A DNA stretch of 64,000 nt, taken from the IMG/VR virus record IMGVR_UViG_3300040960_001631, positions 1 through 64,000 of that record, one strand, 5' to 3'. The notes below the pieces were generated by a model. The model saw only the letters and a program-made list of their open reading frames with translations, had not been told where the DNA came from and made no database searches. Numbering within the stretch: position 1 is the first letter of the stretch; each line of letters begins with the position of its first letter. The DNA is from an uncultured virus (IMG/VR IMGVR_UViG_3300040960_001631) (Duplodnaviria; Heunggongvirae; Uroviricota; Caudoviricetes). Below, in pieces: positions 21,001 to 26,565 of the stretch. The position numbers were made by a program, and so were the translations under genes.

Positions 21001-22608
21001 TAGAACTCTCATACCTTGTGCTAGTTCTACTCCATCAATAATATATCCTTGCGATCCTTGTATAGTACTAAACACATCAGTTGTAAAATTATCTAATAAG
21101 TCTACATCTTGTTTAGCAAATGTTCCGTAATTAAAAAGTTTCAATCCTGCATTAAATTCAATGATAGGACGTTTTGCTCTAAAATTATCATCTAAATTTT
21201 CTGCAATGTTATTATATTCGAAACTTTTTAAAACAACATCTTTATGGAACCATCTGTTATTTCTAGTCCAAGGGTTTTTATCTTGTGATGCTCTGTTTAT
21301 TATTAAATAATCTTTTTCTAAAGGATAGTTATTTGCTGTAGCAAACGGCGATACATCAAATTCTTCTGAATCAAACGGGACTCGAATATTATCTGTATAC
21401 GCAGACGGAATAACTAATTCTCTTTGTGAAATTAATTTAATATTTTCGCCAACGCCTTCTACATACCAATTTCCTTCGTTATATTTTTCAGGAACAACTG
21501 TACCTTGAAATCTAACAAGTAATCCGTTTGTAAAGTCTACACCGTTTGAACTTTGATAATATTTTTTTCCTAGTATATCTGTGTCAATATTTAAAAAGGT
21601 GTTTTCTTCAACGTCAAAGACTCGTATTTGGCCACTTGTGTTTACGTCATTTTGGCTAATATAAAATAGTCTATCAGGTGCATTAGCAGGTATTGTAAAT
21701 TCAATTGTTCCTTTTTCTACATAAACAACTGCAACTTCGTCGCCATCTTCATTAAATTTAGTAATACCATCATTGTATAATGTTGACACATTTTCATCTG
21801 CTTCAAATGTTACACTTCCGGCATCAGGCGTAATAATAAAATCACCAATGTCATATTCGTTGCCATACAAGTCGGCACCGTACAATCCATCTGATCTAAT
21901 TCCTTCTCTGCCTGCAACTAATAGAGCCAATCCTGGTATAAAAGTTCTACTTATAGAAAATGCTAAAGGGTGTCCTGGAGTATCAATTTCAAATCTATAT
22001 GTTTGACCTCTATAAAGTTTTAATTTTGGATTTCTAGTAAACCCATCATTAAATACATATGCAACATTATCGCCCTGGTCTTCTAAAGTAACTGTGTATG
22101 TACTTGTAATATCTCTCGATTGTCCCCTTACAGGAACACTCATAGGACCATTTGGCAGCCAATAGTAGTCTCTAAAATTTGTAAACGTATCCCAATTGAT
22201 ATGCGGAGTCCAACTATAAGTATCTACTGTATTAAGAGAATTATGATTATTTGTATCTGCACCAAAATATCTTAAAATGTTTATGTAGTCTTTGTAATCT
22301 TTTAAAAAATCTACATTTTCTAAATTATCACGTATAACTACTGATGGCTCTAGTTGATAGTTTTCTCTATCATTACTAATTTCTGGTATATAACTATCTG
22401 TAGACTTATAAGAACTAGTATACTTTCTACCTACATAGCCGTCTACTTTTTCGGCAGCGCCGTCTGATATTAACTGATCTAAAGTACCTTGTAGAAACTT
22501 TCTGTTAGCTTCTGTTCTAAAGAACTTAGGTAAAAAATCTATTGACTTTTTCTTTTTACTATTAGGCGTTGGTAAAGCACTTTCGTTTTGATTGTTATTA
22601 TAAGCCAT
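6073..22608 (-). CDS. Giant (5511 aa) baseplate wedge/fibre-like structural protein
   Basis: Uninterrupted 16.5-kb ORF overlapping the gp6-like stop; propeller-like repeats (FGSSIDVSEDGEYLAIG), aromatic W/F-x5-Y-x2-G-D-x-V repeats, PGxGYxxxP repeats. Confidence 0.65.
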   Translation of the reverse strand: MAYNNNQNESALPTPNSKKKKSIDFLPKFFRTEANRKFLQGTLDQLISDGAAEKVDGYVGRKYTSSYKSTDSYIPEISNDRENYQLEPSVVIRDNLENVDFLKDYKDYINILRYFGADTNNHNSLNTVDTYSWTPHINWDTFTNFRDYYWLPNGPMSVPVRGQSRDITSTYTVTLEDQGDNVAYVFNDGFTRNPKLKLYRGQTYRFEIDTPGHPLAFSISRTFIPGLALLVAGREGIRSDGLYGADLYGNEYDIGDFIITPDAGSVTFEADENVSTLYNDGITKFNEDGDEVAVVYVEKGTIEFTIPANAPDRLFYISQNDVNTSGQIRVFDVEENTFLNIDTDILGKKYYQSSNGVDFTNGLLVRFQGTVVPEKYNEGNWYVEGVGENIKLISQRELVIPSAYTDNIRVPFDSEEFDVSPFATANNYPLEKDYLIINRASQDKNPWTRNNRWFHKDVVLKSFEYNNIAENLDDNFRAKRPIIEFNAGLKLFNYGTFAKQDVDLLDNFTTDVFSTIQGSQGYIIDGVELAQGMRVLFRADTDQLVSGKIYEVKFITIGTERIINLVETADSTPLDLENVFVKLGEVYSGKTFHYHENMWIAAQEKLAVNQPPLFDLCCPQGNEYSNTTIFESSTFSGTKIFSYKEGTGTVDNELGFALQYRNIENTGDILFEFNLLTDVFSYQNDEDLIEVPTSTSNLRKYSDRTTFKYVNGWNSTPSRFTQYVIRDIEVTDNLTNNFAVDVYNKPHLLEDLKIKVYVNNKLQLKNTDYNIVKTENKVLVSFVNDLTVGDYLKLKLHSSADKNQNGYYELPISLERNPLNEDINQFTLGEVYDHVDSMIEDLQSFTGTYPGTSNLRDLGNISQFGKRFVKHEAGLANAIYHLTNKKYNLIKAVEYSALEYNKTKKIFVDTASSLGFDGTPKAHVDKILKEINKDKADSQPFYFSDMLAYGDANRIEYNVIDKEINLFPLTTAFSMSTLSEKAITVYLNNKILVHGRDYNFNEDGFIEIIAAKENGDTIEIYEYNNTDGSFIAPTPSKLGLYPSWYPEVFIDDTGIDETSLTISGPFKIYGEVEVGQLKNSFGWTYPVYTSKNAAETADSNNGGNGASQAVWFKGLNTKFYLPETNANYSKDSNPEDYDEYPIGFAFIRGHDGSQIACYKDFRDSLIIEFEKRIFSNIKISYDDNEFDIFNFTGGDFRGYQNTLEKQNNLLLTDFTRWQANIAADYSSNSFYDRNNGFTFNYSESNNPDGKVLPGFWRGIYNQAFDTDRPHTNPWEMLGFRNKPTWWNDVYGPAPYTSNNLVLWEDLENGRIADPNNSRIDERFKRLNLRSFIPVDQTGKLLPPVNINYVKGFVQRYASKSYAFGDYSPIETAWRKSSDYPFALLKSMLLINPAETIAKGFDLSRFTKNLAGQNIYKDSGTFFRNKDIVFPNTYADNIRNTTCGLVNYIYNLLASDILTVYSDYQNEVTALETNLSFRLGGFSDKQKLNLILESKSPNQDKGSTGIFVPQENYNLVYNVSSPIDNFVYSGVVIEKTPAGFKVTGYNPKIPFFQYYKPLVGSTSYILSVGGISEQFSEWSEQTPYKKGQVVFHLNTYYRATQDFTSGGIFETDFLAKLPALPSIGGRTAEFYKNFNNNKVEKLPYGSILTSIQEVVDFLTGYGNYLTTQGFVFDDVTDETVNDWVSVTKEFMFWTTQGWANGTIISLSPAANKLFFKSNYSVVDDVFDSFYNTSIVSSNGQTLDRNFNSVVREDNSFGLEIKDTDFGLYGASLPIVQKEHVVVLSNTTIFNDVIYHPASGYRQQRIKVNGYRSEDWNGGLNIPGFLYDNAIVKDFENYKDYKIGDLIKFKEYYYVAKENIQGSTSVDYNQWYKLNEKPVPDLLTNFDYRINQFNDFYDTNTSSFDQSLHNLASRLIGFQKRDYLSNLIVDDVSQLKFYKGYIQEKGTKNSLSKLFAPLTASGEESLEYFEEWAVRSGIYGSSESIQQIELNLEEKKMISSPQPVEFVDNLPAEQFDNIFRVLPSDLLDRPQEYTSSVFPVLSQSKEYIKSSGYVSEDDIDFESYTIDDLALGNVNVFRLGGYLHLTNQENENWTVYQHIDTNLNATELTEANTLNDAGELIYELSMDKWLDNTLSIGDLIAVRGAQEFELNGFYKIVDINLNIAKIKVPIENDILGFLEQSFAVSKLREVRLDDTTNLNDIVNEKLYNEQKVWIDNYDNTNNWAVLKNNSVYSYLETYNNPSDWDSTIQNFTGVMTVTDDNNNLFVSASGDETGKIYVYRRSKENANLILQQVIDFTETKNSYQDSFENFGSSIDVSEDGEYLAIGIPNMSGIKTKFLGNFDPTVEYSKHDIVKFRESFWKANTTVNPEVGTQTFSTFDSYINLVSSDTSDSTSLQLLVAGKFGLPTNGIDHILVRAPLDMYLATKGRIDGASGDKVNLSWNQRSYAYPTLDNYLPFDDQIPEITKEFITQEHEIVEKIDAIVYIDTFVSLPEVGDTIESDTGSGEVFYVASYRDSAVLYLKNINGIFNVTDEIFVQSTGNFIGFYTQESTYSTSPDIGGFWYIETGFEYANNGRYLDIGRGLVYADVRPAENDDADRPFVYYNIQDTVGNIGEFVLEKNRVSYISNLSYDGDSGPELSNLWVVRVGKSFQDYLTSISAFDSQGSADNKTLQFTFFDSENTGINLESTGFDLDQMNGSQQIYDIWDGYIDFEFTEFDFLGNPYEPVVGDIIEDVQIPRDGSGGLALTSTSTSTAEVVFYKKQFNSVRVYLKVLSGSWNQLNNIGRFQVRRKANEDARGPGDVDRVMGTIDDPSNDIALGTNLVGDLLVFQKDTPFDVVSTPEIFDGEYYFYDETIEGGISIPASPPYNLNKNWTQVYNIPADQRGTSSGLDNEGAVVIYRRQPNAVYEFDYMLTSQYKFANRQFGDEVKIRKQGNTYVLLVGSKGDLDPTTRSDPGSIEIFVTGPETTDVFKKDYQATSYNEGDVVIYKDKYYRANKDTDDSSQLNILDPIVWTNISWRYGVDDNYRGEWDNSFPYEINSIVLKDNSFYVAKTNIATGTEFSDTYWEVTDNNFDYLGYLPNLTNNAFFNEDVFDPATNIIEFSENFDVSKNGEVLVVTVKLESTDSTSNKRLAIYRKENNKYKLYQTISAPISGYDLKDHDLDKFLKDGDGWIYTDSEGNIVTSETGSRTQNLDATPDLYIDRTNWAQSVVIKPDGRQIAVSVPSDDSRKYGQGAVLIYTQVNGEFELSQTIYSPADEVAENFGYQIAFTNENLAVTSLNGDQTIPTTFDNQSTTFDLEFTAFRNIKIDSGVIYVYENLNNSYTYSEKFRFDNATIEFGKRLLAKDNHVYVGMPFYNSNDSKGMFVDYRKPKTKLAWNLYKEIVNPVNLDLIEGAFVYNKTTNRIISYIDYIDPIQGKIAGPAEQEITFKTQTDPAFYNVGTASDREYDPNQTWFDEHVGQVWWNISTARFKYPYQGNIFEQKNNWSVLTEGASINVYEWIESDYLPSQWSNLADTEEGIKLGISGQSLYGDTKYSTKLIYDEVSQIFSTKYYYWVESKRTVPDIENRNLSIFEIVNLIERPRENGYRYISFLGADRIVLNNFENILSGDDLVLNIKYKSQATKDSNLHKEFKLIADGDANSKLDVDIERKWFDSLIGFDTNNRPVPDIKLPETQKYGILNMPRQSMFVNRIEALKQTIERINIIFKDLLIVDDYNTARLFETDLAPTLISSKYDLSVDTVEELQYVSTNNLSPAKLIPIISNGELVRVEIESPGRGYKTVPTININGSGVDAEIKLQINNLGSVISAEVTNTGKNYTNQTTISVRRFGVLVNADSTAKNLWSIYGYNEIDKTWFRTSTQGYDVPKYWNYIDWYAPGYNQFTKINYEIDESYELQELEPEFNSIIKIKSIGSSGWLLLKRIGTTDNEDYTVDYETIGRENGTIQFTSNLYNIQQSTVGYDNRSFDSTLYDTNPAKELRIIFEALRDDIFINELAVEYNQLFLSSLRYVVAEQPLLDWAFKTSFIKINHKLGELDQPATFKKDNLEYFENYVKEVKPYKTNIREFVASYDKTDPTNSVVTDFDAAPFYNTTTQQIETIKTTVFDGALLQVDNILQEYPRKYFADNLGAELSEIKIKNPGSGYIFPPKVIIEDSSNSGATAEAFIGYGKVTAIKVRNPGGRFINPPKITLEGAQTEDGTPATAFAILGKSLVRTPSIKVKFDRVSGEYFIEDLAVSETFTASGVDTIFDLKWPIDVRKNKVKVFVDDQEMLKSTYQVSNREIIDQYTKNKGRLTFNNAPTGNSVIRIEYYKPLEFLEAADRIKFAYNPTDNMFGKELNQLMTGIDYGGVEVKSFDFGGSSGWDSQPWFTDAWDVYENTFEDEVFVSDGSTIAVELRAPLEEGIVYNLYKNGVRIDATDFVAGTPEIPGTDEIPGNPADAEYNNGAISNVTGNGSDFFKRELTVNGVRIMGAGTVGGQTAVPDAWLEKVARMFELFLDPNGAGINESYQRALIKTLSGDAGTYHAGLPTLQRVARGAGADYSPNFLTDQGVIDWNLTNLFDTHVQNDMVWYLNSTGDGYGDGDTDAQEVIEHVFHTLHMHGLPADDIKLYQFLAADWQSGDLYAAMEEAYDAGKWDPSGYQANPDDWKTIADAFEVAAKEYLYLLNFAMFEYTELWDGGSLAPEWSDDMRTQAGILANNPLGYAFHNTYIAPVISKPSLATIRSIFQDGNTPAQDNPALAGVSGYVVDELVGGTDAVAAIPAVPGSSATNVNAITNSITGDGTTTIIETSNLGINLNDGDIFIVRKITSDGSITPDLASYDTALEGGDLAYTTAAGINAEEIITDGDLFVSTSRAKTEELVPGSMFDTLDIKVYTKESGNQGLIICNNIETDITGTFTYNFGLLPGSKDSILVKYDGNVLSKDQYTIDWPNKQLSLEVESNKQLSIILQEQSTSTSVMYSDEITVEETEQYDFVIDYTWDDSLSLSVTVNGELQNITVFDYSTEVAGDNRTAFRLENAATQGQIINYTIFSNNETVDFSQVLTDEFTANGITQTYALSSAPFYSLPTEHNIIVRVDQNILNSGYSRNFTIPESNQREYQLELFQQPAGSLSAEGLKVFLNGEEIFTPEQWRLDIANSSVILGDEYGLPGDNIEIYNISESEYSISGNEVILKDLPGVNSKVYVYQFSNHNLKDIEKIQYDVVKRETLINDEETNTYNRLTAGEILLRKPALDAQYVWITKNSELLIPSVDYYVTDNRTKIQLVEVPAANDVIEVIHFAAEISQDGFSYRQFKDILNRTHFKRLDASTAKLAQPLNYYDLRIEVDNGIDLPVPDKGKNMPGIIFINGERIEYFVKEDNTLRQIRRGTLGTGVPTVHNLGTKVYNQNIEKTVPYKDQNLVANITADGIVNTFNIGYNIESINEIEVFAEGKRLRKNSISVFDPTIDIDSPNGDITIEAEFSVDVDNNSITLLNIPTENSRITIIKKQGQSWTKEEETLGDAQNSIARFLRAGTYEHPE

Positions 22609-25600
22609 TAGTAACTGTTGCCTCCGCTAGAATTTGTATCTCGACTTTGTACTCCGTAATTAGATTCTGAAGCACTTGTGATAGTATTGCCCGATGCTTG
22701 AAGTTGTGTTGCAGTAAGTTCTTCTATGATTTCAACATCAAAAACGTTTGCTCCGCTTATAAAAATTTCATCAGGTTCGGATCTTATTTCAAACAAACTA
22801 CCAAAACTTTGACTTCCTTGTCTTGGTACAATGACAATACTTACTAATTTAGGTGTTAATTGGTTCATAATATATGCTGCTAATTCTTGAAAATAAAATG
22901 TTTCACCAAAGTCCCAATTTTCAATTGCAAAAAATCTATCTATTGCACTTATAACATCTGCTTTTAATTCATTATCATTAACAACTACATCTTTATTTCT
23001 TACAATTTTAAATATTACTTGTAAATCTTCTTTTGCTTTTTCACCAAAAAGAACTTTATACTTCACAGGATGATAAATTACTTCATCACTAATGGATTTA
23101 ATTTTTGCAATTTCAGAACCAAAGTTTCTATATAATTCATCATTGCTTTGAGGTAATGGCAATTTACTAATTGTTCCGTTTAGATATTTTCTAATATTAG
23201 TATCGTAAGTTTTTGTCAACAAATAGGTATCAATTATATTGCTAACAGCAGGGTCAATTCTGTAATTGCTATCAGCAACATGAGTATATTCAAAACGTAG
23301 ATTATCTCTGCCAATATATGCTTTATAAGTATCTATAATAGTAAGATTATTTAATGCAGCATTTAATTGTTTAAAAACTTTTTCCTCATACAAGTAGAAA
23401 ATTTGATTTTCGTTTTCGTATTGACTATAAGCGCCAATTGCTGCTTCATTAGTTTTGATTAAAATAGTATTATTAGCATTATCAAAATATCTATATTCTT
23501 CTACACCATCTGCTGTTGTATACTTTCTTAAAAATATTAATTTTGTTTGTTCGTCCGTAGTAGGTTCTACTATTTCATTAAATAAGTCAGGATTATCAAT
23601 TACATTATCGTCGTCAAGATCGTGAAATTCTACTTGAATTTTTCTTGTATCAACATAGCCTTCTTTATCTCTATAAGCATCACTTATATTCCAATCAAAG
23701 TTCTTAGTGAAAGGAATATTAGTTCCAGGCTTAGAATTAATATTTAGAATTTTAACTAAATCTCTAACAATTTTTCCTGTTTTAGGATCATATATTTTAT
23801 CTGCACTGTCAAAAAAGAATCTAACTTCGTCTGCACTTTCAAAAACATATCGTAAATTTCTAGTTGTGAGTGTGTATTTTTCTCCGTTAGTTTTAAAATA
23901 CATAAGCCAACTTGAATCTAAATTTTGTGCTGTTATATCTCCTGCTTTACCTAAAGAAAAGTCATTTATTGTATTAATGTTTTCAGCAAGTACTAATTTC
24001 CATTCAGAATTATTTCTGTCATATCTCAACGCAAAGTCTTTGTATGCAAACGCTTGGTCAATGATTTGAATTTTAAGATCATTAGAAAAAAATGTGCTCA
24101 GTAATGGAACAATTTGTGATAGCAAACTTCCGGTAGGAATAGCATCACTAAGTGTAATTCCGCCTGTATTATTTTCAGAATCTATTGTTGTTCCGTCATC
24201 TACAACATTAGTCACTTTTGTCCATCTATATGTTGAACTCCCTGGATGATCTGCTGCGCCTGCCATTAATGTACCATCTTCCATAAAATGATAGCCTTCT
24301 GGTGCAGTAAATTTTAAAAGCGAACCTATTTTTATTGTTTTTAAATTATTTGCTGTAAATGTGCCAACTGGAAATTTATTTCCATCAATATCTTCTAATG
24401 TTCCGATATTTCTATTAGTACTCTGACTAAAACTATTCCAGTAAGAATTTAGATCTGATACTAATAAATTAGAAAATTCACTTGTATAAAAGTTTTTTAA
24501 ATTACTAGATCTTACTATACCTTGTAAAGTATTAACAATAACTCCTTCTATGTCACTTTGAGTAGTAAAAGTAAAGTCTTGTTTTGTTAAAAAAATGTCT
24601 TTATATAATACTCCATCATCGGCATACAATTTTGTTGTACTATATTTTCCGCTTGGATCTTTGATATCTAAGTATCTACTAATACCACTAGAAATTCTAT
24701 TAACACTTTTTGTTTTGATTATCTCTTGGCTTATTGCTAGCGGACCTACATTATAATCCTCGCCAGTTATAAGTCTATTCTGAGTATAATAAGTAGTTGG
24801 AGCATTTAATTTTATATCTGCGTTAGTTTCTGCACCAGTACCATTTGTAATAGTATATTGTAACCTTAAACCTAAAGTAAGTGTTTCCTGTGAACCAGAA
24901 CGGCTTTGATAAGGAATACTAATATTCACATTACCTATAGATCCTGGTGCTATGGCTAGTGATTTATTAATACTAGTACGATAATAAACTTTAAAGTTAC
25001 CGCTTGGTAAATTGCCAAATACGCCGTCACTAAAAACTAAGTTTATTCTATCTCCAATTCTACTTTCTACTGAAAATATATTTCTTACTTGATTAAACAA
25101 ACTATTATAGATAATATTATTACCTTCTGTTGAACTTAGTTTAGTCCACGCATTTGTTTCAAACCCATTTGAATCAATATTATAGAGCCAAACGTCAGTC
25201 TCATTTATATTAGATGCATCAATAGCAACTACTTGGTTAGGAACAGGATTTTTTACATTAAATGTTCCAGTTTGTAGTGCACCTTGTCTAATGTGCATAA
25301 AGAAACCTGTGTTCGAACTGCCTGGCCCTTGTCCGTCATCTCTAAACAAAAATGCAGGACTTGTTCCTGGAAGTGGTGTTTCTTCTTTTATTGTTGTATT
25401 TTCTATATCAGTGCTTACTATTTCAAATCTTACACTATCGCCTTCAATTGTTTTTGTAAATGGAAAAATTGGTGTGTCGGTATTAATAGCATTAAATCTA
25501 TATTTTTGGGTTTGTATGCCTTCAATGTTAGCACTTTTTAAAGGATTGCCAATAGAATTATTTACAGGCAATGCTGCATTTAAAATCTTTGTAAATTGTT

Positions 25601-26060
25601 CAAAGTAATTATTATTTGACGTATCGTTCCACTTTACAACATTATTTGATAAATTTATACCAGAGCTGTCAAACAATGCTTCTGTAGTTTTTACAGAGGT
25701 AACCTTTAACAAACCATTAGCTGCTTGATTCCTACGAGGATTGTAAGAAAGCATTTTTGCAAGTCTTAGTATACTTTCTCTGCGTTCTGCTGTTTCAAGA
25801 AAATTTTCTCTAGCGTTTAAATCGATACGGAATGATAAGTTTTGCCCAAGGAAAGCAATCATGTCAATAAGTGCAAGGTATTCTGAAGATTCAATGTAAT
25901 CGTTAAAATCTTCTGGATAATTTTGACGCAAGTAGTTAATCATCGCACGGCGAAGATTATCAAAATCATAACTTTGGAAATCTGCATTCCTAAAGCTTTG
26001 GTAAATTCTTTTCCAATCCTCAGCTACAAGTAGCCTAGACTGCCTATCACTTGAAGACAT
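22608..26060 (-). CDS. Baseplate wedge subunit (T4 gp6/P2 gpJ-like)
   Basis: 1150 aa; SYDFDNLRRAMINYLR, ARENFLETAERRESILRLAKMLSYNP, ET..IK..AP..Y.TQNRLITGEDY; follows the gp25-like gene. Confidence 0.85.
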   Translation of the reverse strand: MSSSDRQSRLLVAEDWKRIYQSFRNADFQSYDFDNLRRAMINYLRQNYPEDFNDYIESSEYLALIDMIAFLGQNLSFRIDLNARENFLETAERRESILRLAKMLSYNPRRNQAANGLLKVTSVKTTEALFDSSGINLSNNVVKWNDTSNNNYFEQFTKILNAALPVNNSIGNPLKSANIEGIQTQKYRFNAINTDTPIFPFTKTIEGDSVRFEIVSTDIENTTIKEETPLPGTSPAFLFRDDGQGPGSSNTGFFMHIRQGALQTGTFNVKNPVPNQVVAIDASNINETDVWLYNIDSNGFETNAWTKLSSTEGNNIIYNSLFNQVRNIFSVESRIGDRINLVFSDGVFGNLPSGNFKVYYRTSINKSLAIAPGSIGNVNISIPYQSRSGSQETLTLGLRLQYTITNGTGAETNADIKLNAPTTYYTQNRLITGEDYNVGPLAISQEIIKTKSVNRISSGISRYLDIKDPSGKYSTTKLYADDGVLYKDIFLTKQDFTFTTQSDIEGVIVNTLQGIVRSSNLKNFYTSEFSNLLVSDLNSYWNSFSQSTNRNIGTLEDIDGNKFPVGTFTANNLKTIKIGSLLKFTAPEGYHFMEDGTLMAGAADHPGSSTYRWTKVTNVVDDGTTIDSENNTGGITLSDAIPTGSLLSQIVPLLSTFFSNDLKIQIIDQAFAYKDFALRYDRNNSEWKLVLAENINTINDFSLGKAGDITAQNLDSSWLMYFKTNGEKYTLTTRNLRYVFESADEVRFFFDSADKIYDPKTGKIVRDLVKILNINSKPGTNIPFTKNFDWNISDAYRDKEGYVDTRKIQVEFHDLDDDNVIDNPDLFNEIVEPTTDEQTKLIFLRKYTTADGVEEYRYFDNANNTILIKTNEAAIGAYSQYENENQIFYLYEEKVFKQLNAALNNLTIIDTYKAYIGRDNLRFEYTHVADSNYRIDPAVSNIIDTYLLTKTYDTNIRKYLNGTISKLPLPQSNDELYRNFGSEIAKIKSISDEVIYHPVKYKVLFGEKAKEDLQVIFKIVRNKDVVVNDNELKADVISAIDRFFAIENWDFGETFYFQELAAYIMNQLTPKLVSIVIVPRQGSQSFGSLFEIRSEPDEIFISGANVFDVEIIEELTATQLQASGNTITSASESNYGVQSRDTNSSGGNSY

Positions 26061-26110
26061 ATCTTAATTCCTTATTATAGAGTATTTATATGAATTAATA
26101 ATGTGCGTGT

Positions 26111-26554
26111 TTAATTTCTTAAACTTAGCCCAACTGTCTGGTCGAATGTAAAACGCATTTCTTCACTGATAGCATAGTCAAGAAATGTAACTGTTGCTGT
26201 AATTTGAATGCCATTATCGTAAGTATCTACGATAACATTTTCTGCTTGTACACGAGGATCATAATTTATGATAAAAGTTACATTTTCAATAATAGCTTTT
26301 TGCAAAGCAGGAGTAAACGGTTCAAACAATATATCCCATATAATACAACCAAAAGAAGGATCACCTAGTTTTTCACCTTGTCTAATATGAAAATGATTTA
26401 CAATATCTTGTTTAATTAATTCATGATCGTAAAGATTAAAACCTTTATTAGAATCGCCAGAATAAAACCCTCTGTAGGATTTTGAAGGTTTAGGTTGTAT
26501 ATTAGTACTTGGAACTTGTACTCTTTTATATAGATTTTGTTCTAATTCACTCAT
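26111..26554 (-). CDS. Baseplate wedge subunit gp25/gpW-like
   Basis: 147 aa; IRQGEKLGDPSFGCIIWDILFEP...YDPRV fits the gp25/GPW family. Confidence 0.85.
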   Translation of the reverse strand: MSELEQNLYKRVQVPSTNIQPKPSKSYRGFYSGDSNKGFNLYDHELIKQDIVNHFHIRQGEKLGDPSFGCIIWDILFEPFTPALQKAIIENVTFIINYDPRVQAENVIVDTYDNGIQITATVTFLDYAISEEMRFTFDQTVGLSLRN

Positions 26555-26565
26555 ATTGTATTTAC